Below, piece by piece: positions 44,101 to 61,577 of a stretch of DNA of 64,000 bases; within the stretch, counting starts at the first letter, position 1; every line of letters begins with the position of its first letter. The position numbers were made by a program, and so were the translations under genes. Below the pieces are notes generated by a model. The model saw only the letters and a program-made list of their open reading frames with translations. It was not told the origin of the DNA and made no database searches. The stretch covers positions 1,612,001 to 1,676,000 of the forward strand of contig CAXIUT010000230.1 in NCBI GenBank assembly GCA_964035545.1, written 5' to 3'. The DNA is from Bugula neritina. Taxonomy: Eukaryota > Animalia > Bryozoa.

Positions 44101-46441
44101 ATACTGCAACATAATAAAATATACTGTAACACACTGAAATATGCTGTAGCATACTGAATTACACTGCAACACACTAAAGTATACTGTAATATACTGAAGT
44201 GTGCTGCGACATACTGAAACGTACGCAACATACTGAAATATACTGCGACGCAATAAAACATACTGCAACACACTGAAATACACTCTAACATACTGAAATA
44301 GGCTGTAGCATACTGAAATACAGTGCCACACACTGAAGTATACTGTAATATACAGAAATGTACTGTAACATACTGAAACACACGGCAACACACTGAAATG
44401 TACTGTAACATACTGAATTATACTGCAACGTAGTGCAACGTACTGAAATACACTGTAACATAATGAATTATATTGCAACACATTAAAAAATACTGCAACA
44501 TACTGAAACATACTGTAACATACTGAAATATACTGCAACATACTAAATTACACTCCAACATACTGAAATATGCTCTAGCATACTGAAATACACTGCAACA
44601 CAGTGGAGTATACTGTAATACACTGAAATGTACTGCAACATACTGAATTATACTGCAACACACTGCAACATACTGGAGCACACTGTAACATAATGAAATA
44701 TGCTGTAGGACACTGAAATACACTGCAACACCCTGAAGTATACTGTAATATACTGAAATGTTATGCAACGTACTGAAAAATAATGCAACGCGTTGAATTA
44801 CACTATAACATATTGAAATATACCGCAACATACTGAAATGTAGTGTAATATACAGAAATGAACTGTAACATACTGAAATGTACTGTAACACACTCAAACA
44901 TACTCTAACATACTGAAATAGACTGTAACATACTGAAATATACTGCAACATACTGAAATGTACTGCAACATACTGAAGTATACTGCAACATAGTGCAATG
45001 TACCGTAATACACTGTAACATACTGAAATAAACTGCAACATACTGCAACATACTGAATTACACTTGAACATAATGAAATACACTGAAACACATTGAAGTA
45101 TACTGCAACATACCGAAATGAATGGTAAACTAGTGAAATATACTGTAACCTAATGAAACATACCGGAACATACTGCAACATAATAAAATATACTGTAACA
45201 CACTGAAATATGCTACAAGATACTGAAATATACTGTAACATACCGAAACGTACGCAACATACTGAAATAAGCTGCAACATACTGAAATATACTGCAAGAT
45301 ACTGTAACATACTGAAATACACTGAAATACACTGTAACATATTAAAATACATTGCAAAACATCGAAATATACTGCAACGTACTGAAATTTGCTGTAGCAT
45401 ACTGAAAGACACTACAACTCACTGAAGGATAGTGTGACATACGGAAATGTACTGCAACATGCCCAAATATACTGCAACACACTGAAACATAAGGCAACAT
45501 ACTGGAATATACTGCGATGCATTGAAATATACTGCAACATACTAAAATATACTGCAACATACTGCAACATCCTAAACTACACTGCAACATACTGAAATAC
45601 ACTGCAACACCTTGAAAAATACTGCAACATACTTAAACATACGGCAACATACTAAAATACACTATAACATATTGAAATATACTGCAACATACTGAAATAC
45701 ACTATAACATATTGAAATATACTGCAACATACTGAATTACACTCTAACAAACTGAAATATGCTGTAGCATACTGAATTACCCTGCAACACACTAAAGTAT
45801 ACTGTAATATACTGAAATGTGCTGCGACATACTGAATTATACTGCAACATACTGCAACATACTGAAATACACTGTAACATAATGAAATATGCTGTAGCAC
45901 ACTGAAATACACTGCAACACACTGAAGTATACTGTAATATACTGAAATGTACTGCAACATACTGGAATATACAGTAACACACTGAAATATACTCTAACAT
46001 ACCGAAATACACTGTAACACACTGAAATAAACTGCAACATACTGCAACATACTGAATTACATTTGAACATAATGATATAGACTGAAACACATTGAAATAT
46101 ACTGCAACATACCGAAATGAATGGTCAACTAGTGAAATATACCGTAACATAATGAAACATACCGGAACATACTGCAACATAATAAAATATACTGTAACAC
46201 ACTGAAATATGCTACAAGATGCTGAAATATACTGTAACATACTGAAACGTACGCAACATACTGAAATACGCTGCAACATACTGAAATATTTTGCAAGATA
46301 CTGCAACATACTGAAATACACTGAAATACACTGTAACATATTAAAATACATTGCAAAACATCGAAATATACTGCAACATACTGAAATATGCTGTAGCATA
46401 CTGAAAAACACTACAACTCACTGAAGGATAGTGTGATATAC
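41150..46441 (+). repeat. ~1.7-kb duplicated block at offset 3566 (~41150-42875 and ~44716-46441)
   Basis: ORF pairs 41564/45130, 41644/45210, 42086/45652, 42643/46209. Shared variants AATTACCCTGC, GTGTGACATACGG and AACCTAATG. Confidence 0.85.
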
Positions 46442-49400
46442 GGAAATGTACTGCAACATGCCAAATATACTGCAACACACTGAAACATAAGGCAACATAC
46501 TGAAATATACTGCGATGCATTGAAATATACTGCAACATACTAAAATATACTGCAACATACTGCAACATCCTAAAATACACTGTAACATACTGAAATACAC
46601 TGCAACACCTTGAAAAATACTGCAACATACTTAAACATACGGCAACATACTAAAATACACTATAACATATTGAAATATACTGCAGCATACTAAAATACAC
46701 TAAAACATATTGAAATATGCTGTAGCATACTGAAATATACTGCCACACACTGAAGTATACTGTAATATACAGAAATGTACTGTAACATACTGTAACATAC
46801 TGAAACATTCGGCAACATACTGAAATGTACTGCAACATACTGAAATATACTGCAACAAAGTGCAACGTACTGAAATACACTGTAACAAATTGAAATACAC
46901 TGCGACACATTAAAATCTACTGTAACATACTGAAATATACTTCAACATACTGCAACATACTAAAATACACTGTAACATACTGAAATACATTGCAACACAT
47001 TGAAATATACTGCAACATACTGAAACATACTGCAACATACTGAAATATACTGCAACATACTGAATTACACTATAACATATTGAAATATACTGCAACATAC
47101 TGAATTACACTTTAACATACAGAAATGACTGTAACATGCTGAAATATACTGTAACACACATGAAACATACTCTAACATACTGAAATAGACTGTAACATAC
47201 TGAAATATACTGCAACATACTGAAATGTACTGCAACATACTGAGCTATACTGCAACATAGTGCAATGTACTGAAATACACTGTAACATACTTAAATACAC
47301 TGCAACACATTGAAATATACTGCAACATAACGAAATAAATGGTGAACTAGTGGAATATACTGTAACACAATGAAATTGACTTCAAGATACTGAAATAGAC
47401 TGTAACATACTGAAATATACTGCAACATACTGAAATGTACTGCAACATACTGAGCTATACTGCAACATACTGCAACATACTGAAATACACTCGAACATAT
47501 TGAAATACACTGCGACACATTAAAATATACTGCAACACACTGAAACATAGGGCAACATACCGAAGTATACTGCGACACGTTGAAAAATACTGCAACATAC
47601 TGAAATACACTATAACATATTGAAATATACTGCAACATACTGAATTACACTCTAACAAACTGAAATATGCTGTAGCATACTGAATTACACTGCAACACAC
47701 TAAAGTATACTGTAATATGCTGAAATGTGCTGCGACATACTGAATTATACTGCAACATACTGCAACATACTGAAATACACTGTAACATACTGAAATATAC
47801 TGTAACACACTCAAACATACTCTAACATACTGAAATAGACTGTAACATACTGAAATATACTGCAACATACTGAAATGTACTGCATTATACTGAAGTATAC
47901 TGCAACATAGTGCAATGTACCGTAATACACTGTAACATACTGAAATATGCTGTAGCACACTGAAATACACTGCAACACACTGAAGTATACTGTAATATAC
48001 TGAAATGTACTGCAACATACTGGAATATACTGTCACACTGAAATACACTCTAACATACCGAAATACATGTAACACACTGAAATAAACTGCAACATACTGC
48101 AACATACTGAATTACATTTGAACATAATGATATACACTGAAACACATTGAAATATACTGCAACATACCGAAATGAATGGTAAACTAGTGAAATATACTGC
48201 AACATAATGAAACATACCGGAACATACTGCAACATAATAAAATATACTGTAACACACTGAAATATGCTACAAGATACTGAAATATACTGTAACATACTGA
48301 AACGTACGCAACATACTGAAATACGCTGCAACATACTGAAATATACTGCAAGATACTGCAACATACTGAAATACACCGAAATACACTGTAACATATTAAA
48401 ATACATTGCAAAACATCGAAATATACTGCAACATACTGAAATATGCTGTAGCATACTGAAAGACACTACAACTCACTGAAGGATAGTGTGATATACGGAA
48501 ATGTACTGCAACATGCCAAATATACTGCAACACACTGAAACATAAGGCAACATACTGAAATATACTGCGATGCATTGAAATATACTGCAACATACTAAAA
48601 TATACTGCAACATACTGCAACATCCTAAAATACACTGTAACATACTGAAATACACTGCAACATACTGAATTACACTCTAACAAACTGAAATATGCTGTAG
48701 CATACTGAATTACACTGCAACACACTAAAGTATACTGTAATATACTGAAATGTGCTGCGACATACTGAAACGTACGCAACATACTGAAATATACTGCGAC
48801 GCAATAAAATATACTGCAACACACTGAATTACACTCTAACATACTTAAATAGTCTGTAGCATACTGAAATACAGTGCCACACACTGAAGTATACTGTAAT
48901 ATACAGAAATGTACTGTAACATACTGAAACACACGGCAACACACTGAAATGTACTGTAACATACTGAAATATACTGCAACGTAGTGCAACGTACTGAAAT
49001 ACACTGTAACATAATGAATTATATTGCAACACATTAAAAAATACTGCAACATACTGAAACATACTGTAACATACTGAAATATACTGCAACATACTAAATT
49101 ACACTCCAACATACTGAAATATGCTCTAGCATACTGAAATACACTGCAACACAGTGGAGTATACTGTAATACACTGAAATGTACTGCAACATACTGAATT
49201 ATACTGCAACACACTGCAACATACTGGAGCACACTGTAACATAATGAAATATGCTGTAGGACACTGAAATACACTGCAACACCCTGAAGTATACTGTAAT
49301 ATACTGAAATGTTATGCAACGTACTGAAAAATAATGCAACGCGTTGAATTACACTATAACATATTGAAATATACCGCAACATACTGAAATGTAGTGTAAT

Positions 49401-52303
49401 ATACAGAAATGAACTGTAACATACTGAAATGTACTGTAACACACTCAAACATACTCTAACATACTGAAATAGACTGTAACATACTGAAATATACTGCAAC
49501 ATACTGAAATGTACTGCAACATACTGAAGTATACTGCAACATAGTGCAATGTACCGTAATACACTGTAACATACTGAAATAAACTGCAACATACTGCAAC
49601 ATACTGAATTACACTTGAACATAATGAAATACACTGCAACACATTGAAATATACTGCAACATAACGAAATAAACGGTGAACTAGTGGAATATACTGTAAC
49701 ACAATGAAATTGACTTCAAGATACTGAAATATACTGTAACATACTGAAATGTGCTGCCACATACTGGAACATAGGGCAACATACCGAAATAAACTGTGAC
49801 ACGTTGAAAATTACTGCAACATACTGAAATATACTGCAAGTGGTGCAACATACTGAAATACATTGTGACACATTGAAATACACTGCAACATACCGCAACA
49901 TACCACAACATACTGAAATATACTGCGACGCAATAAAATATACTGCAACATACTGAAGTATACTGCAACATACTGCAACATACTAAAATACACTGCAACA
50001 TACTGAAATACATAGCAACACATTAAAACATACTGCAACATACTGAAACGTACTGCAACATACTGAAATATACTGCAACATACTGAAATACTCTATAACA
50101 TATTGAAATACACTGCAACATACTGAATTACACTCTAACATACTGAAATATGCTGTAGCATACTGAAATACACTGCAACACATTGAAATATACTGCAGCA
50201 TACCGAAATGAATGGTAAACTAACGAAATAAACTGTAACATAACTAAACATACCGGAACATACTGCAACATAATAAAATATACTGTAACACACTGATATA
50301 TACTGCAAGATACTGAAATTTACTGCAACATACTGAAACGTACGCAAAATACTGAAATACGCTGCAACATACTGTAATATACTGCAAGATACTGCAAAAC
50401 ACTGAGTACACTGTGTCATACTGAAATACACTGAAAAATATTGATATACACTGCAACACATTGAAATATACTGCAACACACTGAAACATAAGGCAACATA
50501 CTGAAATATACTGCGATGCATTGAAATAATATACTGCAACATACTAAAATATACTGCAACATACTGCAACATCCTAAAATACACTGTAACATACTGAAAT
50601 ACACTGCAACACCTTGAAAAATACTGCAACATACTTAAACATATGGCAACATACTAAAATACACTATAACATATTGAAATATACTGCAACATACTGAAAT
50701 ACACTATAACATATTGAAATATACTGCAACATACTGAATTACACTCTTACAAACTGAAATATGCTGTAGCATACTGAATTACACTGCAACACACTGAAGT
50801 ATACTGTAATATACAGAAATGTACTGCGACATACTGAATTATACTGCGACATACTGCAACATACTTAAATACACTGTAAGATAATGAAATATGCTGTAGC
50901 ACACTGAAATACACTGCAAAACACTGAAGTATACTGTAATATACTGAAATGTACTGCAACATACTGGAATATACTGTAACACACTGAAATATACTCTAAC
51001 ATACCGAAATACACTGTAACATACTGAAATAAACTGCAACATGCTGCAACATGCTGCAACATACTGCAACATACTGAAATACACTGCAACACCTTGAAAA
51101 ATACTGCAACATACTTAAACATACGGCAACATACTAAAATACACTACAACATATTGAAATATACTGCAACATACTAAAATACACTAAAACATATTGAAAT
51201 ATGCTGTAGGATACTGAAATATACTGCCACACACTGAAGTATACTGTAATATACAGAAATGTACTGTAACATACTGTAACATACTGAAACATACGGCAAC
51301 ATACTGAAATGTACTGCAACATACTGAAATATACTGCAACAAAGTGCAACGTACTGAACTACACTGTAACATATTGAAATACACTGCGACACATTAAAAT
51401 ATACTGTAACATACTGAAATATACTTCAACATACTGCAACATACTAAACTACACTGTAACATACTGAAATACATTGCAACACATTGAAATATACTGCAAC
51501 ATACTGAAACATACTGCAACATACTGAAATATACTGCAACATAGTGAATTACACTATGACATATTGAAATATACCGCAACATACGGAAATGTAGTGTAAT
51601 ATACAGAAATGAACTGAAACATACTGAAATATACTGTAACACACTGAAACATACTCTAACATACTGAAATAGACTGTAACATACTGAAATATACTGCAAC
51701 ATACCGAAATGTACTGCAACATACTGAAGTATACTGCAACATAGTGCAATGTACTGAAATACACTGTAAAATACTGAAATACACTGCAACACATTGAAAT
51801 ATACTGCAATATAACGAAATAAATGGTGAACTAGTGGAATATACTGTAACACAATGAAATTGACTGCAAGATACTGAAATATACTGTAACATACTGAAAT
51901 GTGCTGCCACATACTGAAACATACGGCAACATACCGAAATAAACTGCGACACGTTGAAAATTACTGCAACATACTGAAATATACTGCAAGTGGTGCAACA
52001 TACTGAAATACATTGTGACACATTGAAATACACTGCAACATACCGCAACATACCACAACATACTGAAATATACTGCGACGCAATAAAATATACTGCAACA
52101 TACAGAAGTATACTGCAACATACTGCAACATACTAAAATACACTGCAACATACTGAAATACATTGCAACACATTAAAACATACTGCAACATACTGAAACG
52201 TACTGCAACATACTGAAATATACTGCAACATACTGAAATACTCTATAACATATTGAAATATACTGCAACATACTGAATTACACTCTAACATACTTAAATA
52301 TGC

Positions 52304-55300
52304 TGTAGCCTACTGAAATACACTGCAACACATTGAAATATACTGCAGCATACCGAAATGAATGGTAAACTAACGAAATAAACTGCAACATATTTAAACA
52401 TACCGGAACATACTGCAACATAATAAAATATACTGTAACACACTGAAATATACTGCAAGATACTGAAATTTACTGCAACATACTGAAACGTACGCAACAT
52501 ACTGAAATACGCTGCAACATACTGTAATATCCTGCAAGATACTGCAAAACACTGAGTACACTGTGTCATACTGAAATACACTGCAACATACTGCAAGATA
52601 TTGCTACATACTGAATTAGACTGTAACATATTGAAATACACTGCATCATACTGCAACATACTGAAATACACTGAAAAATATTGATATACACTGCAACACA
52701 TTAAAATTTACTGCAAAATACTGAAACATAAGGCAACATACTGAAATATACTGCGACACGTTGAAATAAACTGCAACATACTAAAATATACTCCAACATA
52801 CTGCAACTTCCTAAAATACACTGTAACATACTGAAATACACTGCATTACATTGAAAATTACTGCAACATACTGAAGCATACGGCAACATACTGAAATATA
52901 CTGCAACATACTGAAATACACTATAACATATTGAAATATACTGCAACATACTGAAATACACTAAAACATATTGAAACATGCTGTAGCATACTGAAATACA
53001 CTGCAACAAACTGGTGTATACTGTTATATACAGAAATGTATTGTAACATACTGAAATATGCTACAAGATACTGAAATATACTGTAACATACCGAAACGTA
53101 CGCAACATACTGAAATACGCTGCAACATACTGAAATATACTGCAAGATTCTGCAACATACTGAAATACACTGAAATACACTGTAACATATTAAAATACAT
53201 TGCAAAACATCGAAATATACTGCAACGTACTGAAATATGCTGTAGCGTACTGAAAGACACTACAACTCACTGAAGGATAGTGTGATATACGGCAATGTAC
53301 TGCAACATCCCAAATATACTGCAACACACTGAAACATGAGGCAACATACCGAAATATACTGCGATGCATTGAAATATACTGCAACATACTAAAATATACT
53401 GCAACATACTGCAACATCCTAAAATACACTGTAACATACTGAAATGCACTGCAACACTTTGAAAAATACTGCAACATACTTAAACATACGCAACATACTA
53501 AAATACACTATAACATATTGAAATATACTGCAACATACTGAAATACACTATAACATATTTAAATATACTGCAACGTACTGAATTACACTCTAACAAACTG
53601 AAATATGCTGTAGCATACTGAATTACACTGCAACACACTGAAGTATACTGTAATATACTGAAATGTACTGCGACATACTGAATTATATTGCAACATACTG
53701 CAACATACTGAAATACACTGTAACATAATGAAATATGCTGTAGCACACTGAAATACACTGCAACACACTGAAGTATACTGTAATATACTGAAATGTACTG
53801 CAACATACTGGAATATACTGTAACACACTGAAATATACTCTAACACACCGAAATACACTGTAACATACTGAAATAAACTGCAACATACTACAACATACTG
53901 AATTACACTTGAACATAATGAAATACACTGAAATACATTGAAATATACTGCAACATACCGAAATGAATGGTACACTAGTGAAATATACTGTAACATAATG
54001 AAACATACCGGAACATACTGCAACATAATAAAATATACTGTAACACACTGAAATATGCTACAAGATACTGAAATATACTGCAACATACTGAAACGTACGC
54101 GACATCCTAAAATACACTGTAACATACTGAAATACACTGCAACACCTTGAAAAATACTGCAACATACCTAAACATACGGCAACATACTAAAATACACTAT
54201 AACATATTGAAATATACTGCAACATACTGAAATACACTATAACATATTGAAATATACTGCAACATACTGAATTACACTCTAACAAACTGAAATATGCTGT
54301 AGCATACTGAATTACACTGCAACACACTAAAGTATACTGTAATATACTGAAATGTGCTGCGACATACTGAATTATACTGCAACATACTGCAACATACTGA
54401 AATACACTGTAACATAATGAAATATGCTGTAGCACACTGAAATACACTGCAACACACTGAAGTATACTGTAATATACTGAAATGTACTGCAACATACTGG
54501 AATATACTGTAACACACTGAAATATACTCTAACATACCGAAATACACTGTAACACACTGAAATAAACTGCAACATACTACAACATACTGAATTACATTTG
54601 AACATAATGATATACACTGAAACACATTGAAATATACTGCAACATACCGAAATGAATGGTAAACTAGTGAAATATACCGTAACATAATGAAACATACCGG
54701 AACATACTGCAACATAATAAAATATACTGTAACACACTGAAATATGCTACAAGATACTGAAATATACTGTAACATACTGAAACGTACGCAACATACTGAA
54801 ATGCGCTGCAACATACTGAAATATTTTGCAAGATACTGCAACATACTGAAATACACTGAAATACACTGTAACATATTAAAATACATTCCAAAACATCGAA
54901 ATATACTGCAACATACTGAAATATGCTGTAGCATACTGAAAAACACTACAACTCACTGAAGGATAGTTTGATATACGGAAATGTACTGCAACATGCCAAA
55001 TATACTGCAACACACTGAAACATAAGGCAACATACTGAAATATACTGCGATGCATTGAAATATACTGCAGCATACTAAAATATACTGCAACATACTGCAA
55101 CATCCTAAAATACACTGTAACATACTGAAATACACTGCAACACCTTGAAAAATACTGCAACATACTTAAACATACGGCAACATACTAAAATACACTATAA
55201 CATATTGAAATATACTGCAACATACTGAAATACACTATAACATATTGAAATATACCGCAACATACTGAATTACACTCTTACAAACTGAAATATGCTGTAG

Positions 55301-58300
55301 CATACTGAATTACACTGCAACACACTGAAGTATACTGCAATATACTGAAATGTACTGCGACATACTGAATTATACTGCAACATACTGCAACATACCTAAA
55401 TACACTGTAACATAATGAAATATGCTGTAGCACACTGATATACACTGCAAAACACTGAAGTATGCTGTAATTGGTGAAATGTACTGCAACATACTGGAAT
55501 ATACTGTAACACACTGAAATATACTCTAACATACCGAAATACACTGTAACATACTGAAATAAACTGCAACATACTGCAACATACTGCAACATACTGAAAT
55601 ACACTGCAACATCTTGAAAAATACTGCAACATACTTAAACATACGGCAACATACTAAAATACCCTACAACATATTGAAATATACTGCAGCATACTAAAAT
55701 ACACTAAAACATATTGAAATATGCTGTAGCATACTGAAATATACTGCCACACACTGAAGTATACTGTAATATACAGAAATGTACTGTAACATACTGTAAC
55801 ATACTGAAACATATGGCAACATACTGAAATGTAGTGCAACATACTGAAATATACTGCAACAAAGTGCAACGTACTGAAGTACACTGTAACATATTGAAAT
55901 ACACTGCGACACATTGAAATATACTGCAACATACTGAAACATACTGCAACATACCTAAATATACTGCAACATACTGAATTACACTATAACATATTGAAAT
56001 ATACTGCAACATACTGAATTACACTTTACCATACAGAAATGACTGTAACATACTGAAATATACTGTAACACACTGAAACATACTCTAACATACTGAAATA
56101 GACTGTAACATACTGAAATATACTGCAACATACTGATATGTACTGCAACATACTGAGCTATACTGCAACATAGTGCAATGTACGGAAATACACTGTAACA
56201 TACTTAAATACACTGCAACACATTGAAATATACTGCAACATAACGAAATAAATGGTGAACTAGTGGAATATACTGTAACACAATGAAATTGACTTCAAGA
56301 TACTGAAATATACTGTAACATACTGAAATGTGCTGCCACATACTGGAACATACGGCAACATACCGCAATAAACTGTGACACGTTGAAAATTACTGCAACA
56401 TACTGAAATATACTGCAAGTGGTGCAACATACTGAAATACATTGTGACACATTGAAATACACTGCAACATACCGCAACATACCACAACATACTGAAATAT
56501 ACTGCGACGCAATAAAATATACTGCAACATACTGAAGTATACTGCAACATACTGCAACATACTAAAATACACTGCAACATACTGAAATACATAGCAACAC
56601 ATTAAAACATACTGCAACATACTGAAACGTACTGCAACATACTGAAATATACTGCAACATACTGAAATACTCTATAACATATTGAAATATACTGCAACAT
56701 ACTGAATTACACTCTAACATACTGAAATATGCTGTAGCATACTGAAATACACTGCAACACATTGAAATATACTGCAGCATACCGAAATGAATGGTAAACT
56801 AACGAAATAAACTGTAACATAACTAAACATACCGGAACATACTGCAACATAATAAAATATACTGTAACACACTGAAATATACTGCAAGATACTGAAATTT
56901 ACTGCAACATACTGAAACGTACGCAAAATACTGAAATACGCTGCAACATACTGTAATATACTGCAAGATACTGCAAAACACTGAGTACACTGTGTCATAC
57001 TGAAATACACTGAAAAATATTGATATACACTGCAACACATTGAAATATACTGCAAAACACTTAAACATAAGGCAACATACTGAAATATACTGCGACACAT
57101 TGAAATATACTGCAACATACTAAAATATACTCCAACATACTGCAACTTCCTAAAATACACTGTAACATACTGAAATACACTGCATTACATTGAAAATTAC
57201 TGCAACATACTGAAGCATACGGCAACATACTGAAATATACTGCAAAATACTGAAATACACTATAACATATTGAAATATACTGCAAAATACTGAAATACAC
57301 TAAAACATATTGAAATATGCTGTAGCATATTGAAATACACTGCAACAAACTGGTGTATACTGTTATATACAGAAATGTACTGCGACATACTGAATTATAC
57401 TGCAACATACTGCAACATACTGAAATACACTGTAACATAATGAAATATGCTGTAGCACACTGAAATACACTGCAACACACTGAAGTATACTGTAATATAC
57501 TGAAATGTACTGCAACATACTGGAATATACTGTAACACACTGAAATATACTCTAACATACCGAAATACACTGTAACATACTGAAATAAACTACAACATAC
57601 TGCAACATACCGAATTACATTTGAACATAATGAAATACACTGAAACACATTGAAATATACTGCAACATACCGAAATGAATGGTAAACTAGTGAAGTATAC
57701 TGTAACATAATGAAATTGACCGCAAGATACTGCAACATACTGCAACATACTAAAATACACTGCAACATACTGAGCTATACTGCAACATAGTGCAATGTAC
57801 TGAAATACACTGTAACATACTTAAATACACTGCAACACATTGAAATATACTGCAACATAACGAAATAAATGGTGAACTAGTGGAATATACTGTAACACAA
57901 TGAAATTGACTTCAAGATACTGAAATATACGGTAACATACTGAAATGTGCTGCGACATACTGGAACATACGGCAACATACCGAAATAAACTGTGACACGT
58001 TGAAAATTACTGCAACATACTGAAATATACTGCAAGTGGTGCAACATACTGAAATACATTGTGACACATTGAAATACACTGCAACATACCGCAACATACC
58101 ACAACATACTGAAATATACTGCGACGCAATAAAATATACTGCAACATACTGAAGTATACTGCAACATACTGCAACATACTAAAATACACTGCAACATACT
58201 GAAATACATAGCAACACATTAAAACATACTGCAACATACTGAAACGTACTGCAACATACTGAAATATACTGCAACATACTGAAATACTCTATAACATATT

Positions 58301-61300
58301 GAAATATACTGCAACATACTGAATTACACTCTAACATACTGAAATATGCTGTAGCATACTGAAATACACTGCAACACATTGAAATATACTGCAGCATACC
58401 AAAATGAATGGTAAACTAACGAAATAAACTGTAACATAACTAAACATACCGGAACATACTGCAACATAATAAAATATACTGTAACACACTGAAATATACT
58501 GCAAGATACTGAAATTTCCTGCAACATACTGAAACGTACGCAAAATACTGAAATACGCTGCAACATACTGTAATATACTGCAAGATACTGCAAAACACTG
58601 AGTACACTGTAGCCTACTGAAATACACTGCAACACATTGAAATATACTGCAGCATACCGAAATGAATGGTAAACTAACGAAATAAACTGTAACATATTTA
58701 AACATACCGGAACATACTGCAACATAATAAAATATACTGTAACACACTGAAATATACTGCAAGATACTGAAATTTACTGCAACATACTGAAACGTACGCA
58801 ACATACTGAAATACGCTGCAACATACTGTAATATCCTGCAAGATACTGCAAAACACTGAGTACACTGTGTCATACTGAAATACACTGCAACATACTGCAA
58901 GATATTGCTACATACTGAATTAGACTGTAACATATTGAAATACACTGCATCATACTGCAACATACTGAAATACACTGAAAAATATTGATATACACTGCAA
59001 CACATTGAAATTTACTGCAAAATACTGAAACATAAGGCAACATACTGAAATATACTGCGACACGTTGAAATAAACTGCAACATACTAAAATATACTCCAA
59101 CATACTGCAACTTCCTAAAATACACTGTAACATACTGAAATACACTGCATTACATTGAAAATTACTGCAACATACTGAAGCATACGGCAACATACTGAAA
59201 TATACTGCAACATACTGAAATACACTATAACATATTGAAATATACTGCAACATACTGAAATACACTAAAACATATTGAAACATGCTGTAGCATACTGAAA
59301 TACACTGCAACAAACTGGTGTATACTGTTATATACAGAAATGTATTGTAACATACTGAAATATGCTACAAGATACTGAAATATACTGTAACATACCGAAA
59401 CGTACGCAACATACTGAAATACGCTGCAACATACTGAAATATACTGCAAGATTCTGCAACATACTGAAATACACTGAAATACACTGTAACATATTAAAAT
59501 ACATTGCAAAACATCGAAATATACTGCAACGTACTGAAATATGCTGTAGCGTACTGAAAGACACTACAACTCACTGAAGGATAGTGTGATATACGGCAAT
59601 GTGCTGCAACATCCCAAATATACTGCAACACACTGAAACATGAGGCAACATACCGAAATATACTGCGATGCATTGAAATATACTGCAACATACTAAAATA
59701 TACTGCAACATACTGCAACATCCTAAAATACACTGTAACATACCGAAATGCACTGCAACACTTTGAAAAATACTGCAACATACTTAAACATACGCAACAT
59801 ACTAAAATACACTATAACATATTGAAATATACTGCAACATACTGAAATACACTATAACATATTGAAATATACTGCAACGTACTGAATTACACTCTAACAA
59901 ACTGAAATATGCTGTAGCATACTGAATTACACTGCAACACACTGAAGTATACTGTAATATACTGAAATGTACTGCGACATACTGAATTATATTGCAACAT
60001 ACTGCAACATACTGAAATACACTGTAACATAATGAAATATGCTGTAGCACACTGAAATACACTGCAACACACTGAAGTATACTGTAATATACTGAAATGT
60101 ACTGCAACATACTGGAATATACTGTAACACACTGAAATATACTCTAACACACCGAAATACACTGTAACATACTGAAATAAACTGCAACATACTACAACAT
60201 ACTGAATTACACTTGAACATAATGAAATACACTGAAATACATTGAAATATAGGGCAACATACCGAAATGAATGGTACACTAGTGAAATATACTGTAACAT
60301 AATGAAACATACCGGAACATACTGCAACATAATAAAATATACTGTAACACACTGAAATATGCTACAAGATACTGAAATATACTGCAACATACTGAAACGT
60401 ACGCGACATCCTAAAATACACTGTAACATACTGAAATACACTGCAACACCTTGAAAAATACTGCAACATACCTAAACATACGGCAACATACTAAAATACA
60501 CTATAACATATTGAAATATACTGCAACATACTGAAATACACTCACTATAACATATTGAAATATACTGCAACATACTGAATTACACTCTAACAAACTGAAA
60601 TATGCTGTAGCATACTGAATTACACTGCAACACACTAAAGTATACTGTAATATACTGAAATGTGCTGCGACATACTGAATTATACTGCAACATACTGCAA
60701 CATACTGAAATACACTGTAACATAATGAAATATGCTGTAGCACACTGAAATACACTGCAACACACTGAAGTATACTGTAATATACTGAAATGTACTGCAA
60801 CATACTGGAATATACTGTAACACACTGAAATATACTCTAACATACCGAAATACACTGTAACACACTGAAATAAACTGCAACATACTACAACATACTGAAT
60901 TACATTTGAACATAATGATATACACTGAAACACATTGAAATATACTGCAACATACTGAAATGAATGGTAAACTAGTGAAATATACCGTAACATAATGAAA
61001 CATACCGGAACATACTGCAACATAATAAAATATACTGTAACACACTGAAATATGCTACAAGATACTGAAATATACTGTAACATACTGAAACGTACGCAAC
61101 ATACTGAAATGCGCTGCAACATACTGAAACATTTTGCAAGATACTGCAACATACTGAAATACACTGAAATACACTGTAACATATTAAAATACATTGCAAA
61201 ACATCGAAATATACTGCAACATACTGAAATATGCTGTAGCATACTGAAAAACACTACAACTCACTGAAGGATAGTGTGATATACGGAAATGTACTGCAAC

Positions 61301-61577
61301 ATGCCAAATATACTGCAACACACTGAAACATAAGGCAACATACTGAAATATACTGCGATGCATTGAAATATACTGCAACATACTAAAATATACTGCAACA
61401 TACTGCAACATCCTAAAATACACTGTAACATACTGAAATACACTGCAACACCTTGAAAAATACTGCAACATACTTAAACATACGGCAACATACTAAAATA
61501 CACTATAACATATTGAAATATACTGCAACATACTGAAATACACTATAACATATTGAAATATACCGCAACATACTGAA
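52304..61577 (+). repeat. ~3-kb duplicated block at offset 6304/6308 (~52304-55269 and ~58608-61577)
   Basis: ORF pairs 52921/59225, 53058/59362, 53498/59802, 54744/61052. The offset shifts by 4 bp at the indel near 60541. Confidence 0.87.
56140..58607 (+). repeat. ~850-bp block repeated at offset 1617 (~56140-56990 and ~57760-58607), with a related copy near 49630-50500
   Basis: ORF triplets 49681/56260/57877 and 49811/56390/58007; shared TGAGCTATAC, AAATTGACTTCAAG and CATAGCAAC variants. Confidence 0.8.

Noticed and set aside
2928-61267. Recurrent ~71-aa plus-strand ORF (MLQDTEIYCNILKRTQH...), 19 copies
   Set aside because: It is the translation of a duplicated satellite module. Conservation reflects recent duplication, and copies are disrupted by both transposons and a 19-bp deletion. 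Used only as a positional landmark.
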